Source: Mustelus asterias (taxonomy: Eukaryota). From it: 64,000 bases of DNA. Shown here one piece after another: positions 35,551-48,784 of the stretch (positions are counted from its first letter, which is position 1; each line of letters starts with the position of its first letter). The stretch is from the NCBI RefSeq assembly GCF_964213995.1, contig NW_027590123.1, forward strand, positions 1,426,001 through 1,490,000, read 5' to 3'. A model generated the notes under the pieces. That model worked only from the letters and a program-made list of their open reading frames with translations, was not told where the DNA came from and did not search any database. The position numbers were made by a program, and so were the translations under genes.

Positions 35551-36572
35551 GTAAGAAGTCTCACAACAGCAGGTTAAAGTCCAACAGGCTTATTTGGAAT
35601 CATGAGCATTCGGAGAGCTACTCCTTCATCAGGTAAGTGTAGAGGCAGGTTTCACAAACACGGCATATATACACAAAGACACAATTGTAAGATAATGTTT
35701 GGAATGAGAGTCTTTTCCGGCAATCAAGTCTTTACAGGTACAGACAATGCAAGTGGCGAGAGGGACAATCACAAGTTAAGGAGGTGTGAATTGTCTCAAA
35801 CCAGGACAGTTAGTAGGATTTTGCACTTCCACGCCAATTGGTTACATGTAGTGTGGCATGAATCCAAGATCCCGGTTGAGGCCGTGCTCATGCATGCGGA
35901 ACTTGGCTATCAGTTTCTGCTCGGCGATTCTGCGTTGTCATATATCTTGAAGGCCACCTTGGAGAGCGCTTAGCCGGACGTCCGAGGCTGAATGCCCTTG
36001 ACTGCTTAAATGCTCCCCCCAAGGAAGGGAACTGGTGACAGTTGCGCAGTGTCAGTTCAGCTGTTGCAGCATCTGCATGGATTCGCCGATGTACGACGCC
36101 TCTGGACATCGTTTTCTATGTATGAGGTAGACAACGTTGGCCGAGTTGCATGAGTATGTACCGTGTACCTGGTGGAGAGAATTCTCATGTGTGATTATGG
36201 CATCCATGACGATGGTCCGGCACGTCTTGCAGAGATTGCCGTGGCAGAGTTGTTTGGTGTCGTGGTCGCTGTTCTCCTGAAGGGTGGGTAGTTTGCTGCT
36301 ACCAATGGTCTGTTTCAGTTTGCGCGGTTTTTGAAGGCAAGTGGTGGGGGTCTGGGGATGGCCTCGGCGAGATGCTCATCTTCATCGATGACATGTTGAA
36401 GGCTCCGAAGAAGATGTCGTAATTTCCCCGCTCCGGGGAAGTACTGGACGACGAAGGTCACCCTGTCAGTCATGTCCTGTGTTTGCCTTCTGAGGAGGTC
36501 AGTGCGGTTTTTCGCTGAGGCGCGGCGGAACTGTCGATCAATGAGTCGAGCGTCACATCCCGTTGTTACGAG
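35551..36572 (-). mobile_element. Penelope-like 3' fragment (degenerate GIY-YIG region and terminus)
   Basis: Reverse-complement similarity to ~22335-23400; internal deletion. Confidence 0.85.
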
Positions 36573-36679
36573 GAGATGCAGCTCATTCTATTGACCTTTG
36601 CCGACTTGCTGTGTTTTAACTTATAATAAAACCTGTATTGATAATAAAAACAGGAGAAGTTGTAAGTTCTCAGTAGGTT

Positions 36680-36957
36680 TGTGCTCCTGTATCTCTGTTT
36701 AAGTCCTTGCATCGCTGTGTGTGTGCATCTATATCTGCGTGTGCGCCCCTTATTCTGTGCATTCCCCTGTATCTGTGTATACACCGCTATCTCTGTGTGT
36801 GTGCCCCCAAATCTGTGTATGCCCAATCTCTATGCCTGTGCCCCGGGTCTGTGTATGCCCAATATCTCTGTGTGTGCCGCTGAGTCTGTGTGTGCCCCTG
36901 AATTTGTGTACGCCCCATTACCTCTCTGTGTCTGTCCCTGTATCTGTGTGTGCACCA

Positions 36958-36991
<34 letters not shown>

Positions 36992-37700
36992 CGCAGAGTC
37001 TGCGTGTGCCCCTGGCTCTCTGTATGCCCCAGTGTCTCTGTTTGTGTGCTCCGGTATCTCTGTTTATGTGTGTGTGTGTGCCCCTCTATCTCTGAGTGCC
37101 CCTCAATCTGTGCGTCTCCCTGTATCTGTGTGAACCCTGGTATCTGTGTGAGTGTGCGTCCCTGTATCTACCTTCATGTGTGTCACTGTATATGCGTGTT
37201 TGCCGCAGTGTCTTTGTGTCTCTCCGTGTGTGTATGCGTGTATGTGCGGGCACGCGTGTGTGTGTGTGTGTGTCGGTGTGTCTGTTTGTGTGTGTGTGTG
37301 TGTGTCCATGTATCTGTCTTTCTGTGTCCCTCTACTTGTATGTGTGTCCCTCTATCTGTGTGTGTGCCCCTGTATCTGTGTCTGTGTGCCCATGTATCTA
37401 AATATGCGCAGGTATCTGAATGTGCCCATGCAACTGTGTGTGCCCCAGTATCTGTGTGTCCCTGTAACTGTGTGTGTGAGCCTCTGTGTCTGTGAGGTTT
37501 TCAGTTTCTCTCTGTCTGTTCCCCTGTGTGTGAGCGTGTGCTTTTGAGTATGTTTTTTAAGTTTGTGTCTATATATAAGCCTGTGTGTTTGTTTGGGTGA
37601 GAGAGTGTGTATATGGCAGCATGTGTTTATGAGAAAGTTTCTGAATGCGTAACTGTGCGTGTGTGAGTACATGTTTGTGTTGAGTGAGTGTCAGTGCGAC
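36680..37700. repeat. (TG)n-rich compound micro/minisatellite
   Basis: Recurrent gtgtgcccc-tgtatct units with pure TG runs; short related tract at ~39056-39205. Confidence 0.9.
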
Positions 37701-38087
37701 ATTGAGACATTGTAAAACAGAAACATACTTCAAATTTGAAAGAAAATGACATTAACCAAACTCTCCATTCTGGAGGCTATCAGTTCCAGAAACAATTGAA
37801 GCAACATTTAGCCTCTGTGTTTATTGTGTGTTAGGGAATGGCCCACCAGTTTCACAAGAGCCAACACCGAAACCTTCCCTGATGAATATGTACGATACTT
37901 GTTGAGGTATATAACTGGCAGGCCAAATCGGAACAAGAATTGAGGTTGAACGTTCCATTCCAACACAGATGGGTTTTTTTCTGCATCACGGTAACTTTTA
38001 TAATGTAGGCCAAGAGCTTCAAAATGGGACAAGCTTATTTATCGAGCACGGATACCGTGTGAATAAAGGCTGTGAAGGTACAAAATA

Positions 38088-38893
38088 ATTTCAAGTTTGC
38101 CGACGACATCACTGTAGTGGGTTGGATCTCAAACAATGACGAGACAGAGTACAGGAATGACATGAAGAATATGGTGAACAATAATCTCTGCTTCAATGTC
38201 AATAAAACGAAGGAGATTGTCATCGACTTCAGGAAGCGAAAAGGAGAACATGCCCCTGTCTACATCAACTGGGACGAAGTAGAAATGGTCGAAAGCTTCA
38301 AGTTTTTATGTGTCCAGATCACCAACAACCTGTCCTTGTCCCCCCATGCCGACACGAAAGTTATGAAAGCTCACCAACGCCTCTACTTTCTCACAAGACG
38401 AAGGAAATTTGGCATGTCAGCAACGACTCTCACCAACTTTTACAGATGCACCATAGAAATCATTCTTTCTGGTTGTATCACAGCTTGGTATGGCTCCTGC
38501 TCTGCTTAAGGGATAAGTCATGAATAGAGCCCAATCCATCACGCAAACCAGTCTCCCATCCATTGACTGCCGCTGCCATGGCAAACCAGCCAGCATAATT
38601 AAGGATCCCACGCACCCCGGGCATTCTATCTTCCACCTTCTTCCGCGGGAAAAATATACAAAAGTCTGAGGACACGTACCAACCGACTCAAGAACAGCTT
38701 CTTTCCTGCTGCCGTCTGACTTTTGAATGGACTTACTTTGCATTACGCTGATCTTTCACTCCACCCAAGCTATGACTGTAACAGTACATTCTTCAATGTC
38801 TCGTTTCCTTCTCTATGAACGATATGCTTTGTCTTTTCACTGTACTTTTCTCTGTATGTAATATACGTGACAAAAATAAATCAAATGCAATCA
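38088..38893 (+). mobile_element. Rex1/Babar-type LINE 3' fragment, degenerate
   Basis: KFADDITVVG, NVNKTKEIVIDFRK, FKFL, QRLYFL, FYRCTIE..CITAWYG; (atcaa)n-like tail. Confidence 0.85.
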
Positions 38894-40213
38894 AAGAAAT
38901 AAAATCTGCGCCTTAAAATGATTTCGTTTTCAATCTTCAAAGAATCATTGTGTGAAATTTAGTGGATTATATTGGAAACATTGACGTTTATTAGTGTCAC
39001 AATTAGGCTTACATTAACATTGCAATGAAGTTACTGTGAACATTCTTTATAAGGATCTGTGTGTTTGTGTGAGTTTATGCGTGTGCGCGCCCCTGTAAAT
39101 GTCTGTGTGTGTTTGTGCCTCTGTATTTCTGTGTACGAGTGCGCGCCCCTGTATCTCTATGTGTGTATGTGCGCGCTGCTGTAAATGTCTGTGTGCGCGT
39201 GCCCCTATAGGATTAAACCTTGAAAATGTCTGACAGTGAATTACAGAGGGAAGAAACGTTTGCCCACTCCCATTCTGAATGTGATTTAACATCTGATAAC
39301 TGCATCGAATGCACGCATTGCAGTCTGAAATAACACCAACTTCAATATCCAGACCATGTCTCCAATGGGTAATGAAGAACACAGTTCCTGTGCGGTGTCT
39401 AGTTATATAAAAGGGCGAATGCGCCAGCCGAGTTCCTTCTGTAAACTCAAATCTCGGACAATATCGTTCAATACTCACACTTCCGCAACCGGTTCGCAGA
39501 TGCAGCCATCCACAGACTGAACTTTGAGACTCACAAATCTGCAGTTGCTGTGCGGAGCCAGCAGATGGTGGTGTTGTATCACTTTAATGACAAGATAGCA
39601 AAACAGGTTTGAGGCGATGTTTCGGTTAAATTTATTTCCTTGTTTCCCCAGAAAGGAACCAACGAGTAAAGCAACGACATTAGTATCTGTGTCAGTGATA
39701 TTCACAGGGAAATCTGGCCGAAGGATAGTGAATTTAATACTGACATTGGCATTCATCTTCTCACGAATAAATATGTCCATTAACAGCTAATTATTTTATG
39801 ACCTATTTTATTAATTTAAAGTGATGTGTACTTTTCTCATCCAGACTTATTAAATAATAAAGTTTTATGGTGCGGTGAGGTTTAAGGGACTGTAGGGCTG
39901 GCATCTCCTTTTGTTGTTGGAGGTGTGTTGGAGAAGATGCAATATGTCACAGTCACCAATCTCCCTCCCACTTTGCCATGTGGATACTTTACTCTGGAGC
40001 TCATTTTGCCCAGGCCATGTTGAATGTCAGCATTGAAATGACCCAAACCCAGAGCCCTTGGGAAGTAAATTCGATTCTTTTTCTATTTCTGCGCTTGCTG
40101 TTCATGGATTGATCGGAATAATAAAACAAAAACGGTCTCACTGTTCGTGTCTGACTGAGATGGGGTTTTGTACAGTACACCAGAAAAACACACTGTTATG
40201 GTAAACTATCTGA

Positions 40214-42094
40214 TCACTGTTTAATAAATTTCACAATTCCAGTCAATGGAAATTTCACCACATTCTTCAGATCCGCTCTGAATTGCGTCTGGGTCACGGC
40301 ATGAATGCATGTGTTGGTGCAGCAACTCAAGAGTTGAAGCATAAATCCCAGTTCCTGAACAAATAATGGCAAAATAACAGAAATAAATGCAACTTGTACA
40401 ATCGCTGATGAAGGCAAAACAACAGGAACCCTGATCATAACAGAATAAAGTTTCCCTACATCGCAAAGAGTAAGATGGTAGATTTTCTTCACTTCTCTAT
40501 CTCTTGGCCATTTGAACTTGCCCCACTTTTTTGCGTCCGAGGTCTACGGCGAACCGTGCTCGACAATAAAATGTGTTTAACGGTTGAAATATTGAACAGC
40601 AATAAAGGAACAGATGACGTGTGGAGGAGAAGGCTGTGGAGGCCAGTTCATTGAGTGTCTTTAAGACAGAGGGATATAGGTTCTTGATTGATAAGGGGAT
40701 CGGGGTTATGGGGAAAGGGCAGAAGAATGGAGATGAGAAAAAATATCAAACATGATTGAATGGCGGAACAGACTCGATGGGCCAAGTGGTCTAATGCTGC
40801 TCCTATGTCTTAAGGTCTTCTGGTCTTTTGGCTAAAATATAATGCAGACTTTCAACTTCTACTCACGCTGGTGAAAACAATTCATCAGAATCTACAGAAC
40901 AGAAGTAGAGATCATTGGAAAGCACACACATATATCCTCAGACATATAGTACCAGAACGTGTTCTTTGCACTGAGCAGCACACTCACTGTTCCAATAACC
41001 ACAACTGCCGTTTTCTCAATGTTGTATTGTATTTTCTGTTTCTGACAAGTAATGGCCACGAATCGATCAAAGGTGAAAGTGACAGTGAACAAGACAGAAC
41101 AATCGGTGACTGCGTACAGCAGGACGGCATGGATGTTGCACACTTGAGTATGATGCATGAAGATAAATTCATCATTAAATCTGATAGGAATTTGCCTCAA
41201 TATGAGGTCGATGATGACGACCAGTACACACGCTGCTACCATGGAAATTAGGTAACGTGTGACATATCTGGAAAGTCCATACCTTCCGCGAGACAGGATA
41301 AGAATCGTCGATAAGTTCACTGTTACGAAGAGAGACACAATTAATTCATATTTCAGATTGAGAACGGGAGCAGCGGTCTGTCAGGATTCTGGGGAACAGC
41401 TGAAGTATTTGTTTTCACATAATCCAGCCTCAGAATAATATGGATTCACTGGTTCCGCTGAGACTGAGTTCATAGTTGGAAGGCACGACATTGACGTAGC
41501 AAGAAAGCAGATTCACCAACAGATAAGATCTTCATTTTCCGGCCTTCTCCATATTTGTATTTGGGAAACACAATGATGCCAATGGGTTTGGACCAAATGT
41601 CCCTGGTCCGGGTCACTCTGCTGTGACTCTGCTGTAGACTGTACATTGGTAGATATTGCATCAGTTGATTTGGAATTGGCTGTGAACCACAGTATTGGAA
41701 ATTATATATATACTTTTACTGAGGTCAGGACCCTTTAGATACTAAGGCAGCAACAGTGAAAGTGGCTGGTGGAGGTGGGGACGGAGTGGGTGGAGCGAGG
41801 AGTTGGGGGTGGGGCGTGGTAGCGGGGAGGGGAGGGAGAGGGAAATAAAGAGCAACCACCAGGCGACAGTAGGGAGAATCGCTGCTGAGAAGAGAGAGAA
41901 TTTTTCCCACTGCATTAACACATAAGGAACATGACGTTTGCATATAATAATATTATTAACTGGATCTCATGGAGAAGGTAATAAATATAGTGAAATTAGA
42001 CTCACCAGTCACACCAACGGAGTGGGTAGTAAATCCTTTGGACATCGTGACGTACCCAAATAGTACGAAGCTCAAGTGGAATAATCCAGAACAT
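40214..42094 (-). pseudogene. GPR139/GPR142-like class A GPCR pseudogene, two exons (42094-42006; 41319-40214)
   Basis: Exon 1 ...DVQRIYYPL/VGVT|gtgag; acceptor ...taacag; exon 2 NLSTILILSRG..YLISM, DCSVLFTVTFTFDRFVAI, LLSCCTNTCIHAVTQTQFR; frameshifts, stops and a CR1 insertion. Confidence 0.85.
40625..40828 (+). mobile_element. CR1 3' fragment inserted in the GPCR exon
   Basis: aaggctgtggaggcc...catgattgaatggcgg...ctcctatgtctt. Confidence 0.85.
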
Positions 42095-43269
42095 GGTTTA
42101 TCCACGCTGAGATTCAATGATTTCTGGTTGTACTGGAGACCACTCTTATTTTTAACACCGGTGGGCACAATGAAAGCATTGCCTATTTATGGAGTGAGGA
42201 AAGTCACCGGTGAAACAATTGAACTTTGTGCCGACACGATTATTCACAATCGCTGAACAAACAAGATGAATTCAGCGTTTCTTGCAAAATACATGTTTAT
42301 TGAAAGTCCTTTGCAATCATAGAAAATGATCTGACTGAAGACAAACAAATTGGTCCAAGCAGTTTGGTGAAAATAGGATTACTGATTAAGACTATGTCAC
42401 TGAACTGAAGTGAATGAAGGCAGTAAAGAATATTTCTATCTCATAATGTCAATCTACAATTTCAGAATTTCAATGAAACTGTAATAGTGAAATTGGTGCA
42501 GATTCGGGGAATAATGTTGATGCTTCTGCTAATAAAAGAGAGGTGTCAAAAGCAGGATGATTAGAAATATTACACTGCTGGTATTCAGCAAGAAACAGGT
42601 CTTAATCTGATAAAACAACCATCTACCCTTGTATTGTTCACAGATATTATTTTATGGAGATTAACCCGTGCAAGAGGTAAATCAGGTGTCCAACCTGCGT
42701 TCCGAAACACATGTAAAATTTCCTGTACTTTTGATGATAAGTGAGGATGTGTCCTGTGCCCTTCACCCAACCTTACATCTTCCTCTGCATGCCGTGCTGC
42801 TTTCAGACTGTGTGGATGCAATTCCATCGATCTGCACGTTTTATCTTCTCGAAATATCTTTCACCTTCAATTCACTCTACTTAGTAATATTTAATTCCTT
42901 CTCTTATTTTTTGCCCGAATTTAAAACAAATGTCAGTCCAGCCTAATTATAAACCTGACAAAAAAGGACATTATTTTACATGAATTACACCCAATATTAT
43001 TTATACATACCCATTCAGTTGCACAAAACTCTGGTGATAACTAGAAGAATAGAAAGGTAATGATGCCGAAACGGGCCATTCAGCCCATCATGCATACTCT
43101 GGATACAACAGAGACAAATGGAACTCGTGGCTCCGTCGAATCCCACATTCTATCATCTGCTCCGTGGCCTTGCAGGTTCAAGCCCTTCAGATAGTGAGCC
43201 CATATTAGAAATAACGTGTATACCTTTGGCTATCGCTATATAAAGGGAAATGAAAATGTATTTGAGACA

Positions 43270-44105
43270 CTCCTGAGAAGGTTTACTGAACGATTTCCAG
43301 TAATGAGCGGGTTGTCTCATGGAGATGGTTGGAGAGAGTAGACATATACACACTGAAAATTCGAATAGTGAGAGGCGACTTAATGGAAGAGTTTAAGATC
43401 TTGAGGGATGTTGACATTGTGGATGTGCACAGAATGTTGCCATTTCGGAGAGAATCCAACACCCGGTGGGAATGTTTCAAATAAGGGGTCGCTCATTAAA
43501 GACAACGATGAGGAATGTGTTGTCTCTCAGATCGTCGTATGAACAATCAAAAGAGAAAGATACGTAGGACATTGAGCCCCTCGAGCCCGCTCCACCATTT
43601 CATAACTTAATTCTAACATCAAATTTGCAGTCCACCTACACCTGATCACCAATCACGTATGACTCATCAAAAACTTATCCACATCTACATTAAAAATAAT
43701 GAAAGCTCTGTTGCCACCGCTTATTGAGAAAGAGAGTTCCAAAACATGAGGACCAAAAATGCCATAAGGAATAGGGACCAGTGCAGGCCGCTCAGCCTTT
43801 CGAGCCTCTTCAGTCATTAATGCGATTGTATAGGGTGTTAGTGAGACCACACCGTGAGTATTGTGTGCAGTTTTGGAGTCCTTATCTGGGGAAGGATTTA
43901 ATTGCCCTACAGGGAGTACAGCGAAGGTTTACTAGGCTTATATCTGGGATGGCAGGTCTGTCAAATGAGGAGGGACTAAGTCGGTTAGCAATACATTCAC
44001 TCGAGTTTAGAAGATTCAGGGAGGAGTCATAGCAACCGACAAAATTCTAACAGAGTGAGAAAGGGTAGATTCAGAGAGAATGTTCCTAATGATCGGGGAG
44101 GCCAG
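43270..44105 (+). mobile_element. Patchwork of old CR1 fragments
   Basis: LYRVLVRPHREYCVQFWSPYL..VQRRFTRLI; antisense tail pieces in between. Confidence 0.7.
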
Positions 44106-44164
44106 AAGTGGACTAGAATATCTCATCAGGTCTGAAGGCATTTTTGCAGAGAGACCATCAGAAA

Positions 44165-46222
44165 GACATGGATGTGATGGAACTTGGGAAAATAAATAGC
44201 AATATCTTGAGGAGTTTAGGTTTTACAGAGAAGGATATGCTGGAGTCTTAAAGCGCATCCCGGTAGATAAATCCTCAGCACCTGATGAAGTGTATCCTAG
44301 GACGTTGTAGGAGGCTAGGGAGGAAAATGTGTATCCTCTCGCAGAGATATTTTAAACATCGATAGCCATAGGTGAGGTGCCCGAAGATTGGAGGGTGGCA
44401 AATGTTGTGTCTTTGTTTAAAAGCGAAAAGCCTGGGAACTACGGGCCGGTGGGCCTCACATCTGTCGCTTTTTTATGTGTTCGTGGGACATGGGCGTCCC
44501 TGGCTGGTCAGCATTTATTGCCCATCCACAGTTGCCCGAAAGCAGTTGAGAGGCAATCACATTGCTGTGGCTCTGGAGTCACATATAGGCCAGACCGTGT
44601 AATGACAGCAAATGTCCTCCCCTAAAGAGCATTAGTGAAACCAGATAAGTCTTTCCAACAATCAACAATGGTTTCATGGTCATCAGTAGATTCTTAATTC
44701 CAGAATTTTTTTATTGAATTCAAATTCCACCGGCTGTCATGACCGAGTTCGAACTCGGGTCCGCAGAACTTAGTTGAGTTTCTGGATGAATAGTCTAGCG
44801 TTAATACCACGAGGCTATAGCCCCCCTCCCTCGCCCCTCCACCCCTCCCCCCCCCACCCCGCCGCCCCGCCCAACTAAGTTTATCGAAAGAATTCTGAGA
44901 GATAGGATCGGCAGGCATTTGGAGAGTCAAAGACTGATTAGGCACAGTCAGCATCGCTTTGCAAGTGAAAAATCATGTCTCACAAATTTGATTGAGTTTT
45001 TTTGAAGGGGTAACCAAGAAGGTAGATGAGGGCAGTGCCGTCGCTGTTGTCTATATGAACTTTAGCAAGGCCTTTGACAAGGTACCGCATGGTAGGTTGT
45101 TGCATGAGTTTAAAACTCACGGGATCCAGCGAGGTAGCCAACTGGATATAAAATTAACTTGATGACAGAACACAGAGGGTGGTGTAGAGGCTTGTTTTTC
45201 AAACTGGAAAGCTGTGAGCAGCGGTGTGCCATAGTGATCGATGTTGGGTCCACTGTCACTTGCAATTTATATTAATGATATGGATGAGAATTTAGGAGGC
45301 ATGGTTAGTACGTTTGCACATGACACCAAGAGTGATGGCATAGTGGACAGTGAAGAACGTTATCTCGGATTTCAACGGGATCTTGATCAATTAAGCCAGT
45401 GGGCTGACGAATGGCAGATGGAGTTTAATTTAGATAAATGCGAGGTGATGCATTTTGGTAGATCGAACAAGGGCAGGACTTGCTCAGTTAATGGTGGGGC
45501 GTGGCGAGAGTTATAGAGCAAAGAGATCTAGGGGCACATGTTCATAGCTCATTGAAAGTGGAGTCACAGGTGGATAGGGTGGTGAATACGGCATTCGGTA
45601 TGCTTGGTTTCATTGGTCAGAACAGTGAACACAGAAACTGGGACGTCTTGTTGAAGTTGTGCAATCATTGGTAAGGCCACACTTGGAATACTGTGTACTG
45701 TTCTGGTCATTCTATTATAGAAAGGATATTATTAAACTAGAAAGAATGCAGAAACGATTTACTAGGATGCTCCGAGAACTTGATGGATTGAGTTACAAGG
45801 AGTGGTTGGATAGCCTGGGACTTTTTTCTCTGGAATGTAGGAGGCTCAGGACGATCTTATAGAGGTCTATGAAATACTGAGAGACATAGATCAGCTAGAT
45901 AGTCAATATCATTTCCCAGTGGTAGGGGAGTCTAAAACTGGAAGGCATAGGTTTAAGATGAGAGGGGAGAGATACAAAAGGATCCAGAGGAGTTTTTATT
46001 TCACACTGAGGGTGGTGAGTGTCTGTAACAATCTGCCAGAGATAGTAGTAGAGGGGGTAAAATTTTGTTTTTTATCAAGCGTTTAGAAAGTTACATGAGC
46101 AAGATTGCTATCGAGGGATATGGGCCAAACGCGGTCAATTGGAACTGGCTTGGTCGTTAAAAAAGGGTGGCATGGACAAGTCTTGCAGAAGGGCCTTTTT
46201 CCAAACTGTAAACCTCTGTGAC
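44165..46222 (+). mobile_element. Degenerate CR1 LINE interrupted by a SINE
   Basis: PEDWRVANV, KAFDKV, MEFNLDKCEVMHFG, LVRPHLEYCV; (gactctat)n tail; many stops. Confidence 0.9.
44468..44826 (-). mobile_element. Deu-domain SINE (SacSINE1-like) nested in CR1
   Basis: Reverse complement of the 13082/27712 family; adjoined by a C-rich tract 44821-44872. Confidence 0.85.
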
Positions 46223-46242
46223 TCTATGACTCAATGGGATTG

Positions 46243-46410
46243 GAGCCAACGTTTCGAAATCACCTTGTCAGAGGTTCAGAGCTCTGACGGCGGGTCATCA
46301 GGACTCGAAACGTTGTCTCTATTCTCTATCCACTGATACTGTTAAAACTGTTGACATTATCGAGCATTTTCTGTTTTTGTTTCAGTTTCCAGCATAAGCA
46401 ATAATTTGTT
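46243..46410. mobile_element. Palindromic Penelope-type repeat (family B)
   Basis: gagccaacgtttcga...agagct-ctgacgg-cgggtcatcaggactc-gaaacgtt. Confidence 0.6.
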
Positions 46411-47947
46411 TTAATAAGCAAAGGAGAGCGATAGGCTGCAACGCACTGACGATAGAGATGGTGTTGCAAAGTATATTTGGGTGGTAATGGGTCAGACTTT
46501 ACCTTTTACGCTGACACAAATATCGCCTAGATCTCGCTCCAAATCTCGGACTAAATGATAATCTTCGTATTGAATCTACTCAGTCCCATGAGGTCACAGG
46601 AGCTGAACACAAGTGAAGACGATGGATTTTGCAGTAATGGGTTGTAGGATGAAAGAAATACTGTGAAGGTAGCAGCAGTGGGGATGAAAATGAAACAATT
46701 ATAGAAAGTTACAGTAGAGGAACAGCTTATTAGTCTTGGCATATTGCTTTGAAGCAACAGTTGTGATTAGTTGATCAGGAATAAGAAAGAGACAAGTTGT
46801 TTCAAACGAAATTCTATTTTCACAATTTGTCACCTGTCATTGAGCCTGAGCCTTGGCGGTTAAAGCCTTGAATCTGAACCACGAGACCACCCGCTCTCCA
46901 GCATCACCTGCTCAATGTTGCCTTGTCTATCATTCCTTGTGTCAGTTAATCCACCTTGCCTTGCTCTCTACCACAGACCTTCACTTTTGTTGTTTTTACC
47001 GAGTGACTCCTGACTTTGCAATCAGAAAATGCTGGAAATACTCAGCATATCAGTTGACATTTAGCAAAAACACAAATTATGAAACGTTTCCCTGACTCTG
47101 TATTGAAAAGCATGCAGAAATATTGCTGTCCGGTTTCAAACCCTCAAAAAGAATGTAATAATTGACGTGGCGAGTTTGTTGTATGTTGTCAATGGCTGAA
47201 CATATTACTGGTATTGAAGCAGATTGTGTCATTTTTCAGGAGAATCCCTTTGGTTCAAGTGTGCTTTCAGCGAGCTTAAAAATAACAAAAGGAGCATGGA
47301 TAAAGCAAATTTTAAAACATGCTGCAACCTGCTGGTCTGATGGATAGAGTTTGACACTTTCACTGCTGTTTTGATTACAGGTCATGATATGAAGATTTAT
47401 TGCTCGTGTCCAAACCATGAAACACATTTCAGTTATTTCCCTGTAGAATGCAGGAATCCTGGTCTCGCCTCATGTCCTGCCCTTATTGAAGTGAAGACCC
47501 TGACCAAATTCAACAGGAAGTTTTCTTGTCATTTCTGGCGGGAGATTAGGAACCAGACGAGGTGAAGGACAGTTTAAATCGTACAGGCCCTTCACTGAAT
47601 CTCATTGTGTTTCTGACTGGAGAAGATTTCTCTTTTTTGCATAGTTCAGACTTCGCTGATTAACTGTTAGCTGGTTACTGCGAAGTCAGTACTTTTCACA
47701 CCATGTTTGTTGACCCCTTCTATCACATTCCTGATGACCGAGAGCAGACTGGTGGTAATTGTCTTGATTTGATTTGCAGTTTGCCAGGTAGATGACAGAA
47801 ATGCAGTTGTACTGAAACTGCTTGGCTCGGAGCACAACGCTTTAGTAAAATTGCTGGAAGATTGCCAGTGCCGGGAGCTCTCGTTGTTTCCAATGTATCC
47901 ACACACATCTTTGTCTTCCAATCAACGCTTCAGTGGAAGTGATTGTC

Positions 47948-48122
47948 GAACAGTGGGCGCCGCGGTGGCTTCGCAGCGCCAGGGACCCGGCTTCAAGTCC
48001 AGCCTTCGGTAATTGTGCGGCGTTTGCACGTTCTCCCCGTGTGTGCCTGAGTTTCCTGCGGGTCTTCCAGTTTCCTCCCACAGTGTCCAGGTGTGCATGT
48101 TAGGTGGATTGGCCTCGTATTT
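47948..48122 (+). mobile_element. V-domain SINE (HE1-like), partial
   Basis: cagcgccagggacccgg...tttgcacgttctccccgtgtgtgc...gtttcctcccacagt...gttaggtggattggc. Confidence 0.8.
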
Positions 48123-48228
48123 GCTGTAATTGCTTATAAATGATAGATTGACTGTGTGACTATCTGGCAATGACATGAAATGAGGCAATGGGAAAATAGA
48201 TGATTATGGTCGAATTGCAAATCTCTCA

Positions 48229-48290
48229 TATGACCTTTTCTAGTGGTCAGGATTAGGCGCCGTGCCCGGGATTGATTCCCACTCAGGGGA
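48229..48290 (+). pseudogene. Anticodon-less tRNA-Glu relic
   Basis: tctagtggtcaggattaggcgc^cgtgcccgggattgattcccactcagggga; TTTCACCGC missing. Confidence 0.65.
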
Positions 48291-48615
48291 CGAACGTTTT
48301 TTTGTTTAACTCTTCATTAAATCAAATTAGGCCTCACATCGTCTGTGAAGGGAGAAACAAGGGTTAATCTTCAAACTGGATGAATTGTCTCAGACGTGGA
48401 AAGGTCAGAGATGTATCAACAAGTATAAGCTCCGAAGAAGAATTTAACGGCAGGCACACGGCAAACATTGATCGTTTGAAGTAACTGGCATATGTCAAAT
48501 TCTGCCCCTTTCTCGCCACATATTTAAACTCCCTGCTCTCCCGCTCAAACATATCTATTTCCATCTGAAAATGCAGTCTGTTCCAGTGATTATTATACGT
48601 TTATTGCAAACGAAT

Positions 48616-48688
48616 GGCTCCATAGCTCAGTGGTTAGAGCACTGGTCTCGTAAATCAGAGGTCGCGAGTTCAATCCTCGCTGGAGCCT
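48616..48688 (+). tRNA. tRNA-Thr(CGT)
   Basis: Intact cloverleaf, A and B boxes, CT-CGT-AA loop, TTTT two bases downstream. Confidence 0.92.
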
Positions 48689-48784
48689 TATTTTCAACTT
48701 TAGTTTATAGCTCCAAGTTACACGTGGTAATTTAAACACTCAGTCGAATGCGGCCTATCACTCTCAGCTCACCTCGGGAATTCA

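Noticed and set aside
36566-37672. Cys/Val- and His/Thr-rich ORFs up to 181 aa
   Set aside because: Translations of a (TG)n compound satellite; open in several frames
39047-39780. Minus-strand ORFs of 143 and 101 aa with a gtgagt donor-like site near 39478
   Set aside because: No recognisable domain; one runs into a TG repeat; cannot be supported without a search
47667-47921. 84-aa ORF beside the V-SINE
   Set aside because: No recognisable motif
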